From the UHGV virus genome UHGV-0155908: a stretch of DNA of 11,632 bases; one strand, written 5' to 3'. Position 1 is the first letter of the stretch, and each line of letters starts with the position of its first letter. The stretch is from a virus. Shown here piece by piece: positions 1 to 6,802 of this stretch. Position numbers and translations under genes: made by a program. The notes beneath the pieces were generated by a model. It made no database searches. It was given only the letters and a program-made list of their open reading frames with translations, and was not told where the DNA came from.

Positions 1-47
1 CGGCCCAGATCCGCGAAATTTTAATCAGCGAGTCAGCTTGGGAAGAA

Positions 48-839
48 ATGACCTGCTTATTCGCACCTTCCTTAGCTTCCTTAGCTAATATGATACAGCC
101 TTTTGATGAATCAAAATTTATTGAGAGGTTGTACAATGATATTGATTTTATCATTACTGATCTTGAGAGAGCATCAAATAAGTATTATTGCGATGACGAG
201 GATAAAATAACTAATGTTATCGCTCTTGCTCTACGAATGAAAGGATATGATGCGACAGAACAAACAAACTCTAATGGCACTGTTGATTTAACTATTAGGG
301 ATAACACGAAGAAATTTACATGGCTGGCTGAGGCTAAAAGAGGTTATAGTTTAAACTCGGTTTTTGAGGGGCTTTTACAATTAGTTACTAGGTATTTGCG
401 AAGGGAAACGCATGCTGGATTATTAATTTATCATCAAAAAAAAGGAGCTATGGCATTCCTTAGAGATTGGCACACGTATCTTTCATCTGGTAGCTATAGG
501 AAGTATTCTAAGATCCAAGAAAGAATAGATGAGTGCGATAAGTGCTTTCGCTTGTCACCTGTTGCCTATTCAATGATTCCATCTAATAATTCTCATTACT
601 TTGATTTTACTGCGGTAAAACCGAATGATGGGCAAGTTAAAGTTCGTTGTTTTATTGCAGATTTAAACTTTGATCCAATTGATAAAAGTGCAAGAACAAA
701 TGCCAGTTTAGCAAAAGGACAATGTAAGATATCATTAACGGACATATGTACTCATTGGGAGTGTGAGGGCGAAATTCCAGGTGATGTTAATACGGTCTTT
801 CAAATGCTGAAAAACTTACACCCGGAATATTTCGTCTAA
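48..839 (+). CDS. hypothetical protein in AT-rich cargo locus; weak PD-(D/E)xK nuclease-like motif
   Basis: 263-codon ORF from the track. GC about 30% in sampled 60-nt stretches, well below the prophage core. The frame is open back to nt 3, so the true start may lie upstream of the window or at the internal Met near nt 90. Motif TVDLTIRD...(15 aa)...WLAEAKRG fits a D-x(n)-E-x-K nuclease core, by eye only. Confidence 0.55.
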   Translation: MTCLFAPSLASLANMIQPFDESKFIERLYNDIDFIITDLERASNKYYCDDEDKITNVIALALRMKGYDATEQTNSNGTVDLTIRDNTKKFTWLAEAKRGYSLNSVFEGLLQLVTRYLRRETHAGLLIYHQKKGAMAFLRDWHTYLSSGSYRKYSKIQERIDECDKCFRLSPVAYSMIPSNNSHYFDFTAVKPNDGQVKVRCFIADLNFDPIDKSARTNASLAKGQCKISLTDICTHWECEGEIPGDVNTVFQMLKNLHPEYFV

Positions 840-963
840 ATTTTTGACTTATTTAAAGTGGGACTCAATTTTATTTTTCGGTCATAAACCAATACTTGCG
901 ACTCTGTTTTATGACCACTAAATAATTTTTTTCTTTTCCTGAACCCTCGTAATCTGATATGCC

Positions 964-1100
964 TTATGCTTTGAGGTCATGGAAGGTACAATCAAGTAGC
1001 CTACCAAGTTTATTGGCAGCAGTTGTTCTGGCTTTTCGCCATGTCTCGTTAAACCCTTTGTAAGAGTACTGCTCTCCATACGCCGTTTTGGTAAGCGAAT
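964..1100 (-). pseudogene. 3' remnant of a second lambda-family integrase (about 45 codons, lacks catalytic-Tyr tail)
   Basis: Reverse-strand translation gives ...LTKTAYGEQYSYKGFNETWRKARTTAANKLGRLLDCTFHDLKA then TAA, colinear with the intact integrase segment IKTMYGERYSYKGFNEAWRKARAAAANHLGRPLDCTFHDLKA. The DNA is clearly similar (compare 1036-1090 with 2257-2311) but not identical. Homology is lost upstream of about nt 1100 and the fragment ends just before the region that encodes the catalytic tyrosine in the intact gene. Track ORF 918..1130 is an out-of-frame artefact over this remnant. Confidence 0.7.
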
Positions 1101-1384
1101 GGTGGAAGAGTTGAATGCGGAAGGAGGCACTTCTCAACTCGATGCCCGGGTGCTTGAGTTACTGGTTGAAACGTACAGTGGCATCTGGGATGGGACCGTT
1201 AAACCGAAGTGGGGGTAAATCCCTTCTCTCCGCCACTATTTAAGCATTTAGCACATCTTTAATCAGTGATACAAGTCTCGTTGAGGAAAAAGAGAAATTC
1301 ACTTAAAAAAATTCTGTTATCATTCCCTTCTTTATGCAAAAATCCCATCTATCCTTTTTTATAATAATTTTATAGAAAAACATA

Positions 1385-2050
1385 ATGAAGCACGAAAATG
1401 TTAATACAATTATTGCTCTGGCGGGACTGGGGTTAGCTGCCTTTAGTACATTTATGCAATTTAAACCTCAGCAGGATGTTTTGGATATAGTTGTAACAGC
1501 TGATAATTCTGATAACAGAGGTTTTTTCCTGAAAGGAAAACCACTTCCTGATGATATTTTTGGGGAGTCAAAAATCCTCGCTGGACCGTATAATTTGTTT
1601 TTCGAAATATCTAATAATATAAACAGACCTGTTACAATTAAGGGAGTTGACATAAAATTACTTGATGATACAGGGTCGTCAATAGATTATGGCGATATAG
1701 TTTACTCTGAAAGTGATAAAAAAACATTAACCAATCCTGTGCAATATGAACCTCATACAGTAAAAAGGTTTAACGTAGCTATCAATATACCAATCGTTTA
1801 TGGAAAAGAGTTCAATAAATGTTTTCATCCTACAGGCTTTATAGTTGAGCAGGGTAGATATTTTGGCGATATCCGTTTTTGCTATTATTCTGAGGGTGTT
1901 GATTTCTTTGGCAATAAAGTTAATTCCCGTGTTTTGGAAGGCGGTGGTATTTATTTTACTAAGGATGAAAGTAAGTATCTAAACTATAAAGTTACAGTAG
2001 TTACTGGTGATAACACTATTATCAGTAAGGTGGTCACTATTCGCGACTGA
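1385..2050 (+). CDS. hypothetical membrane-anchored protein (N-terminal hydrophobic helix) in the int-proximal cargo position
   Basis: 221-codon ORF; N-terminus TIIALAGLGLAAFSTFMQF is a likely signal-anchor or TM helix with no lipobox Cys. AT-rich like 48..839. Converges on the integrase 3' end with only 11 nt between stops. A TATAAT hexamer lies upstream at 1360-1365; the SD is weak. Confidence 0.6.
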   Translation: MKHENVNTIIALAGLGLAAFSTFMQFKPQQDVLDIVVTADNSDNRGFFLKGKPLPDDIFGESKILAGPYNLFFEISNNINRPVTIKGVDIKLLDDTGSSIDYGDIVYSESDKKTLTNPVQYEPHTVKRFNVAINIPIVYGKEFNKCFHPTGFIVEQGRYFGDIRFCYYSEGVDFFGNKVNSRVLEGGGIYFTKDESKYLNYKVTVVTGDNTIISKVVTIRD

Positions 2051-2061
2051 CCACCTGTGGG

Positions 2062-3045
2062 TTATTTATCAAGAGTAGGGGTTATCTTGATCTTTCTATC
2101 ATAGACAAGAACTTGAGATTCAGTTTTGTGACCGCTGAACTTCTGTTTATCTCTGGAAGAGCCTTCGTAGTCAGAAATGCTTTTAGCCTTCAGATCATGA
2201 AATGTGCAATCCAGAGGTCTTCCTAGATGGTTAGCTGCTGCTGCTCTTGCTTTTCGCCATGCCTCGTTAAACCCTTTGTAAGAGTAACGTTCTCCATACA
2301 TCGTTTTTATGACCGCACCATCTTCTCCCCATGCTCGACACCGATTCACTGCTGTTCGTAAACGTTCAGTCCATGCTTTTATTTGCTTAACACCCGTTTT
2401 GCCTTGCTGGATGAAAATCCCTTCATCCATTATCTGGGACCAATCCATCTTCAGAACATCGGATACCCTCGCTGCACACAGGTAAGCTATTTCCATTGCG
2501 GCTTTAACCGGTTCACTGGCGTGTTCATAAATCGCCAGGTATTCTTCATCCGTGATGTAGCGATCACGCTTTGGTTTTGGAAACTTGTCCACTCCTACAC
2601 ATGGATTACCAGGAACGAAGCCACGTTGATACCCCCAGCGATAAACTCGAGACATCGAGCTATGTTCATGGTTGGCCTGGACACGGCTTTTCTTTCCTCT
2701 GGCATCCATGTAGCGTCTGACATGTTCTGGCTTAATGGCTTTAGCCTCAGCATCACCGAAAACAGCCAGCAGATATTTTTCATGAGCCAGATAGTCTTTC
2801 TGTGTTCGCGGGGCTAAAGCTGCATAATCCGTGCTGTTTAGGAACTTCTTCCATAATTGGGAAAAGGTAAGTATATTTTTCCTGCCTTCAACCACCTTCT
2901 CAAAAGCGATCCATACCTCTGATTTTGAGGCGCCGGCAGGTGCCAGTTTTTCTGTTGTTCCACCTGGTTTCCAGTAATAACCAGAAGGGCGAAAGAAAAC
3001 GCCCTTTGGCATCCACTCGTTACCGGGTGCTCGTTTGCGACCCAT
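2062..3045 (-). CDS. int: tyrosine site-specific integrase, lambda Int family
   Basis: 327 aa. N-terminus MGRKRAPGNEW...PSGYYW parallels lambda Int MGRRRSHERRDLPPNLYIRNNGYYCYRD (arm-binding domain). Central QQGKTGVKQIKAW parallels lambda EQSKTGVKIAIP. C-terminus FHDLKAKSISDYEGS...GHKTESQVLVYDRK parallels lambda FHELRSLSARLYEKQ...GHKSDTMASQYRDDR, including the catalytic Tyr. Comparison is from recalled lambda sequence, not an alignment tool. Confidence 0.93.
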   Translation of the reverse strand: MGRKRAPGNEWMPKGVFFRPSGYYWKPGGTTEKLAPAGASKSEVWIAFEKVVEGRKNILTFSQLWKKFLNSTDYAALAPRTQKDYLAHEKYLLAVFGDAEAKAIKPEHVRRYMDARGKKSRVQANHEHSSMSRVYRWGYQRGFVPGNPCVGVDKFPKPKRDRYITDEEYLAIYEHASEPVKAAMEIAYLCAARVSDVLKMDWSQIMDEGIFIQQGKTGVKQIKAWTERLRTAVNRCRAWGEDGAVIKTMYGERYSYKGFNEAWRKARAAAANHLGRPLDCTFHDLKAKSISDYEGSSRDKQKFSGHKTESQVLVYDRKIKITPTLDK

Positions 3046-3049
3046 AATT

Positions 3050-3271
3050 TCACTCTATTGCGTTGAAGTTCATGCCCGGAGTGGGCAGAGACCCTGCTGG
3101 TGGATTTAACCTGAATGGATGATTTATATGATACCAAGTGGTTTTAACTGCACCATCGCGGCGTTCAATAAAATAAATACCATTCTGAGTTAAAACTTCT
3201 TTTTGCAGAGACTTCTGTGGTGATCCAGTAGCTTCTGCAAGTTCGTCATCAGTTAGGAAACGATCGCTCAT
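3050..3271 (-). CDS. xis: putative excisionase / directionality factor (by position; sequence unlike lambda Xis)
   Basis: 73-aa ORF immediately upstream of int on the same strand (stop 3052-3050, int ATG 3045-3043). GGAGA lies 7 nt upstream of its ATG. Small and basic/aromatic. Function is inferred from the conserved xis-int arrangement only. Confidence 0.6.
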   Translation of the reverse strand: MSDRFLTDDELAEATGSPQKSLQKEVLTQNGIYFIERRDGAVKTTWYHINHPFRLNPPAGSLPTPGMNFNAIE

Positions 3272-3329
3272 GAGACGTTCTCCACTTAGCCCAGCTGCAC
3301 CCAGGCTGTAACATCAAACAACGATCCGA

Positions 3330-3446
3330 CTAGTGCCATAGAGTTGCGATAATGCACCGAACTGTGGGCGTCTTTTTGTTGTTACCTTTGGCTATTTCAG
3401 CGCTAGTAGTGTTGGGGTGAGCCTGGAGATATTCAAATACGTTCAT
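3330..3446 (-). CDS. small ORF, 38 aa (MNVFEYLQAHPNTTSAEIAKGNNKKTPTVRCIIATLWH), possible small HTH protein
   Basis: Translated by hand; below the track size cut-off. Its ATG (3446-3444) overlaps the stop of the upstream small ORF in an ATGA arrangement. The segment TTSAEIAKG resembles an HTH start. Weak SD (AAAGG). Confidence 0.3.
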   Translation of the reverse strand: MNVFEYLQAHPNTTSAEIAKGNNKKTPTVRCIIATLWH

Positions 3447-3619
3447 GGCGTTTTACCTTTACGTTCCTGTTCCAGTTGCACCAGAGACTCTTTTAATGCT
3501 GCGAACGTAGCGTCCAGTCTGGTGGCGACTTCGCGCATAAGCGGTGCATGTTTTGGTGGTAATTCAGTAACGGAGGCAAAAGCCTCCGCTACGAGCTCTT
3601 TAACCTTCATGCGGCGCAT
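3443..3619 (-). CDS. small ORF, 58 aa (MRRMKVKELVAEAFASVTELPPKHAPLMREVATRLDATFAALKESLVQLEQERKGKTP), predicted helical
   Basis: Translated by hand; below the track size cut-off. GGTGGAG lies 8 nt upstream of the ATG at 3619; an alternative ATG at 3610 overlaps the upstream gene's stop as ATGA. It fills the otherwise empty 3272-3606 gap on the early-left strand. The + strand track ORF 3417..3644 is its antisense shadow. Confidence 0.35.
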   Translation of the reverse strand: MRRMKVKELVAEAFASVTELPPKHAPLMREVATRLDATFAALKESLVQLEQERKGKTP

Positions 3620-4146
3620 TGGCGCAGCTCCACCAGTTCGTTAAAGCGATTCATGAACAGGCCATAGGCTTGACCAGGACGGAGAGGGATGACCTGAACG
3701 AGATCAGAGCAGGGAATACCTTCGAGAATTTCCCACTTCGAACCGTCATCGATTTCCAGATCACGGCGCTCGGTGGCTAACATGGTGAGATCGGCATATT
3801 TCACGACAGCAGCTTGTTCAAGAGAGATACCGAATTTAAAGCGGATAAGACCATCAACATAAGTTTCCATGCGCTGGTAGTCAGGCAGCAATGCTTTGAG
3901 CTGGGCCGGAATATCCTGGCAATATGCCTCCGCAGCGTCGTGCATCAGCGCTTCAAAGGCGAACTCTGGCGGCACAATCTGGCTTACAAGCACAGAGTGC
4001 TGGGCTACGCTGTAGAACTCTGGCAGATGCCCAGCGAATCGACAGATGTTGGAAAGAGCAGTCGCGATATCCTCAACATCGATATCGTCGATTGTGGCGG
4101 TCAGGTAGTTAAATTTTTTACCGGATAATGTCTGAATGTAGCTCAT
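3607..4146 (-). CDS. HD-domain phosphohydrolase (YfdR-like, putative 5'-deoxynucleotidase)
   Basis: Track ORF 3607..4173 trimmed to the Met at 4146, which has GGAGA 6 nt upstream. His...HD signature (AGHLPEFYSVAQHS ... LMHDAAEAY) typical of the HD superfamily. At 179 aa and adjacent to the large upstream protein it matches my recollection of yfdR in E. coli cryptic prophage CPS-53/KplE1. Confidence 0.75.
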   Translation of the reverse strand: MSYIQTLSGKKFNYLTATIDDIDVEDIATALSNICRFAGHLPEFYSVAQHSVLVSQIVPPEFAFEALMHDAAEAYCQDIPAQLKALLPDYQRMETYVDGLIRFKFGISLEQAAVVKYADLTMLATERRDLEIDDGSKWEILEGIPCSDLVQVIPLRPGQAYGLFMNRFNELVELRQCAA

Positions 4147-4274
4147 GGTTTTCTCCATATTGGCGCGCTGCACCGCGCAGATTTTGGTTGCACGAATCCC
4201 TCGCCGGGTGGCGATAATTAATGGAATTACGCTTCAATAAATCCCCGCGGCGCCGGGGATTTAATGCAGAGCAA

Positions 4275-5102
4275 TTAGGCTTTAAAGTTACCGATGAAAG
4301 TTTCCACTGATTCACCTTCGAACTTGCTGATCAGCAAATCGCGGAATTCGTTGGCGATCTCTTCTTCCTTGGCTTCAAGTTGGACGATGCGCAGAACAAA
4401 GCAGGGTTCATCGCTGGTCAGCAAGCTGTTACGCAAGCTAAAGCGGCGTTCACCCAGACCTTCATACGGCACACATTTGAATTCAAACGCCACAGGCATT
4501 ACGTCTTTGCTGCTTGCTTCAACGCTTTGCATCAGGGATTTTTTACCAGCGAAATCACCAGTTTCATGGTCCTGCTGTGTTGCTTGCTGAATAGTGATAC
4601 GACGCACAGCCTGAGCTGCCTGGGAAATCTGCATCGTATTGCCATCAGCATCAAACGCCAGAAGGTAATCGCTCCAGTCTTCCAGCCATTCAGCGATTTG
4701 CTTTTGCTTCAGACGTTGACCATCGATCTGCAGTAACGCGCGGAATGGGGCGGTTTTCTTCAGGGTGATCGAAGCAACGTTATCTGCGTGACCGGGATTA
4801 TCCAGGGTGCCGATGTTGAACACTGAACGAGCGGTCATGTTGTCAGCATCAATGAAGCAACGGGCTGGATCGCTGGCGCTGGCGTAACCTATAGAATAAC
4901 GTGCGAAATCTTCAATACTGGTTGTTGTCATTGCACCACGGAAGCGGAAACGCTCCAGAGAAAAGCGCTCAAGGCTTTCAACGCTAGTACCATCTGGCAG
5001 CAATGCGGTCGGGCAAGCCAGACCATGAATATCATCCAGGTGGTAGCCAGAAAGGACCAGGTCTTTTACCTGCTGAAATGTACCGCTATCTAACTGAGAC
5101 AT
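4275..5102 (-). CDS. hypothetical phage protein, 275 aa (recalled as DUF2303 / YfdQ-like; unverified)
   Basis: 275-aa ORF with AAGGAA SD upstream; protein-like composition. Size and position directly upstream of the HD hydrolase match the yfdQ-yfdR pair as I recall it. Family assignment is from memory, not from a search. Confidence 0.7.
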   Translation of the reverse strand: MSQLDSGTFQQVKDLVLSGYHLDDIHGLACPTALLPDGTSVESLERFSLERFRFRGAMTTTSIEDFARYSIGYASASDPARCFIDADNMTARSVFNIGTLDNPGHADNVASITLKKTAPFRALLQIDGQRLKQKQIAEWLEDWSDYLLAFDADGNTMQISQAAQAVRRITIQQATQQDHETGDFAGKKSLMQSVEASSKDVMPVAFEFKCVPYEGLGERRFSLRNSLLTSDEPCFVLRIVQLEAKEEEIANEFRDLLISKFEGESVETFIGNFKA

Positions 5103-5158
5103 AGAAATTCCTTATTAACTGATGATCGAAGTGGTATCAGTGAGTTTGTTGTTGCGGA

Positions 5159-5530
5159 TCACTGAGCCGCTTTAAGCTTTCCATCCACCGCGCCAGTGAT
5201 CCCGAACAGCTGACCCTGATCTTCCTGCAGGATGGTGAGCTTCCCGCCTTTGTTGACCCACATCGGGGTTTCGGTTGTGTCCTCTTCGGAGGCTTTACCA
5301 CGCGGTGTTGGGGTGCTGTAGTTCAGCTTGTGCTTGATCTTGACGCGCTTCTCTTCAACGGAATTACCCATGCGCTCAAAATCAAATGTGAGGACTACTT
5401 TGCCTTTGTTGCCGTTGTTCAGAACGCCAAGCGCGGTGGTATTAAGTGCTGCCGCGATTTTGTTCATGAACACGCCGGCATCCAGTTCGCCAAGAAAATC
5501 TGGCACTACGGTCATGCGGTCATTACTCAT
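5159..5530 (-). CDS. hypothetical early-left protein, 123 aa (possibly YfdP-like)
   Basis: ORF with GAGGG SD 7 nt upstream of its ATG; protein-like composition; first ORF downstream of the long noncoding tract on the pL strand. Confidence 0.6.
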   Translation of the reverse strand: MSNDRMTVVPDFLGELDAGVFMNKIAAALNTTALGVLNNGNKGKVVLTFDFERMGNSVEEKRVKIKHKLNYSTPTPRGKASEEDTTETPMWVNKGGKLTILQEDQGQLFGITGAVDGKLKAAQ

Positions 5531-6711
5531 GGTTTTACCCTCGTTAAGGCGGCTGCAACCGCCGAACTTTCTCCATACACAACAGAGAAGAGCACCTGCA
5601 TTGGTCGGCGGCTTGCAGGGACCGCTTTCTTTTTGCCCGGGTGGATTGGGTTATGAGCCCGTCGCCCGGTGATGCTCTTTTCTGTTGCGTAAAAAGGGCG
5701 GTACCGAGGTAGAACATTATCTTCGTCCCCCTTGCATAAGGTTGAAGGCCCAGGTACCGCCAAGACTACACACATGGAACTACGGTTATCACAGTCCTAA
5801 GCGTGATTTGGTTGTGGTTGCTGGTGCTGAACTCCAGCTCAGTGGCGCGGTGTTTCAATATCGTAACCGCCCGTTCCATCCGCGTTCGATCAGTCCGTAT
5901 GCTCGCTTAGAACGTTTCGCCTGCTTATCTTTTCTCAACCGTTTGACGGTCAGCCCCGCCATTCACCACAACGAAGAGAGCACTGCCGGTATCCGAATTG
6001 AACGGACCTTTTCGTTGCCCATCACCGCTATCTGTATAGCGGTGGCAGGGATTGAACCTGCCGTTATGCCTTGCTCGTCAATGCTCTCATCGTTGTGTGC
6101 TGACCTTACAGCCAGCATGGTTGGAATGAAGACGCATCACGACTTTTCACCAACTGGGCGGGATCACCATGAAAGAGCCGCCCCTTTAGCCTTTCATGCT
6201 CCCCATCTTTCTAGGTAGTCAATGCCTCCAGTTGGGCATACAACCTTCGGTTATCGCTCCGTCGTCAGCGCCACTCTCCAGGACATTTATAAGGACCGTC
6301 TCCAAGTGGTAACTCTTCCAGTCCCGGTAAGCATCCTGCGAGATGCTTACCATGACCGGCTGATCTTCCCTGAAAAAGGCTGGCGGTTACCGGACAAACG
6401 GGAAAACACCGGGCCGCCAGAACAGGGAGTTACTTGTTATTGCTTTGGCCTGCTTTTAACCACATCAGGCGCGGTGGTAGGTATCTTCGGGCGGGGTGCT
6501 AAGGGGGTGATTAGCCCTTGCCCTTAACACTCCTGCTGGTTTTGGTATTCCTGGCTTGGGTATCGCCACCAGCTATAGGAATTTGACTACGAGTTGCGGT
6601 TAATCAGGCCGCGCCTCTGTTACCCCTCCCGAAGACACCTGTCAGCGAATCATCCGGTTATTCATATGCCACCGGCGGCTACTTCGTGGGCGTCCTGCCT
6701 GTTCGCTGTTG
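5531..6711 (-). other. ORF-poor, GC-rich, hairpin-rich tract between putative pL and the first early-left gene; candidate large structured RNA or leader
   Basis: No minus-strand ORF of 60 aa or more across about 1.2 kb (only 5527..5775, rejected). Perfect hairpins at 6023-6044 (9 bp stem, 4-nt loop), 6326-6351 (10 bp stem, 6-nt loop) and 6380-6420 (7 bp outer plus 4 bp inner stem). On the minus strand 6045-6061 reads GCAGG-TTCAATC-CCTGC, a tRNA T-arm-like stem-loop. GC about 58% in a sampled 60-nt stretch. Confidence 0.3.
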
Positions 6712-6719
6712 ATGAATAA

Positions 6720-6748
6720 AATCTAACTTAACTTAGCTTTTAGATCAA
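6720..6748 (-). promoter_or_regulatory. putative pL-type early leftward promoter
   Basis: On the minus strand: TTGATC (-35; + coordinates 6743-6748), 17-nt spacer, TAGATT (-10; 6720-6725). Lies just beyond the 3' end of the repressor gene and overlaps the operator repeats. Confidence 0.4.
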
Positions 6749-6774
6749 GAAAAAACACCAAACTATTCTTAGCT
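6721..6774. promoter_or_regulatory. OL-type operator repeats (CTTAGCT half-sites)
   Basis: ATCTAActtaACTTAGCT at 6721-6738 matches the OR copy at 7503-7520 in 15 of 18 positions. Inverted ends ATCTAA (6721-6726) and TTAGAT (6740-6745). A second CTTAGCT at 6768-6774. Confidence 0.45.
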
Positions 6775-6802
6775 TGATGTTAAGAGGAAGGTTAGAGGTG
6801 GG

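Noticed and set aside
880-937. Possible intrinsic terminator after the 263-aa gene (GGTCATAAA ... TTTATGACC followed by a T-rich run)
   Set aside because: The loop is 19 nt and the T-run begins about 9 nt after the stem, so it is a poor match to a canonical rho-independent terminator.
918-1130. 70-aa minus-strand track ORF
   Set aside because: It reads the integrase-remnant DNA in the wrong frame; the homologous frame gives the ...FHDLKA remnant, which is reported as a pseudogene instead.
1468-1653. 61-aa minus-strand ORF inside the 221-aa gene
   Set aside because: Antisense shadow within an AT-rich CDS; no independent support.
2383-3137. ORFs overlapping the integrase gene (2383..2817 +, 2595..2783 -, 2838..3137 -)
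   Set aside because: Antisense or out-of-frame shadows within a well-supported integrase CDS.
3417-3644. 75-aa + strand ORF between xis and the HD hydrolase
   Set aside because: Antisense to the early-left operon and exactly shadows the hand-called small ORFs on the minus strand; no promoter or SD context.
4158-4182. GC-rich stem followed by ATTTTGG on the + strand
   Set aside because: The orientation is antisense to the only genes here, and the stem is short and imperfect.
3814-4736. + strand ORFs inside the HD hydrolase and 275-aa genes (3814..4128, 3924..4112, 4294..4590, 4380..4736) and the 65-aa minus ORF 4118..4315
   Set aside because: Antisense or overlapping shadows of strongly supported genes; Arg/Ser/Leu-rich composition typical of such frames.
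5527-5775. 82-aa minus-strand ORF ending at the start of the 123-aa gene
   Set aside because: Pro/Arg/Gly-rich with no SD; the apparent stop/start overlap is a trivial consequence of the downstream gene beginning ATGA.
5685-6527. Two + strand track ORFs (177 aa and 101 aa) in the same frame, separated by a single TAG, spanning the noncoding tract
   Set aside because: TTG start with no SD; His/Pro/Arg/Ser-rich, non-protein-like composition; antisense to the early-left transcription unit. Long spurious frames are common in GC-rich structured regions. Retained only as a caveat to the noncoding interpretation.
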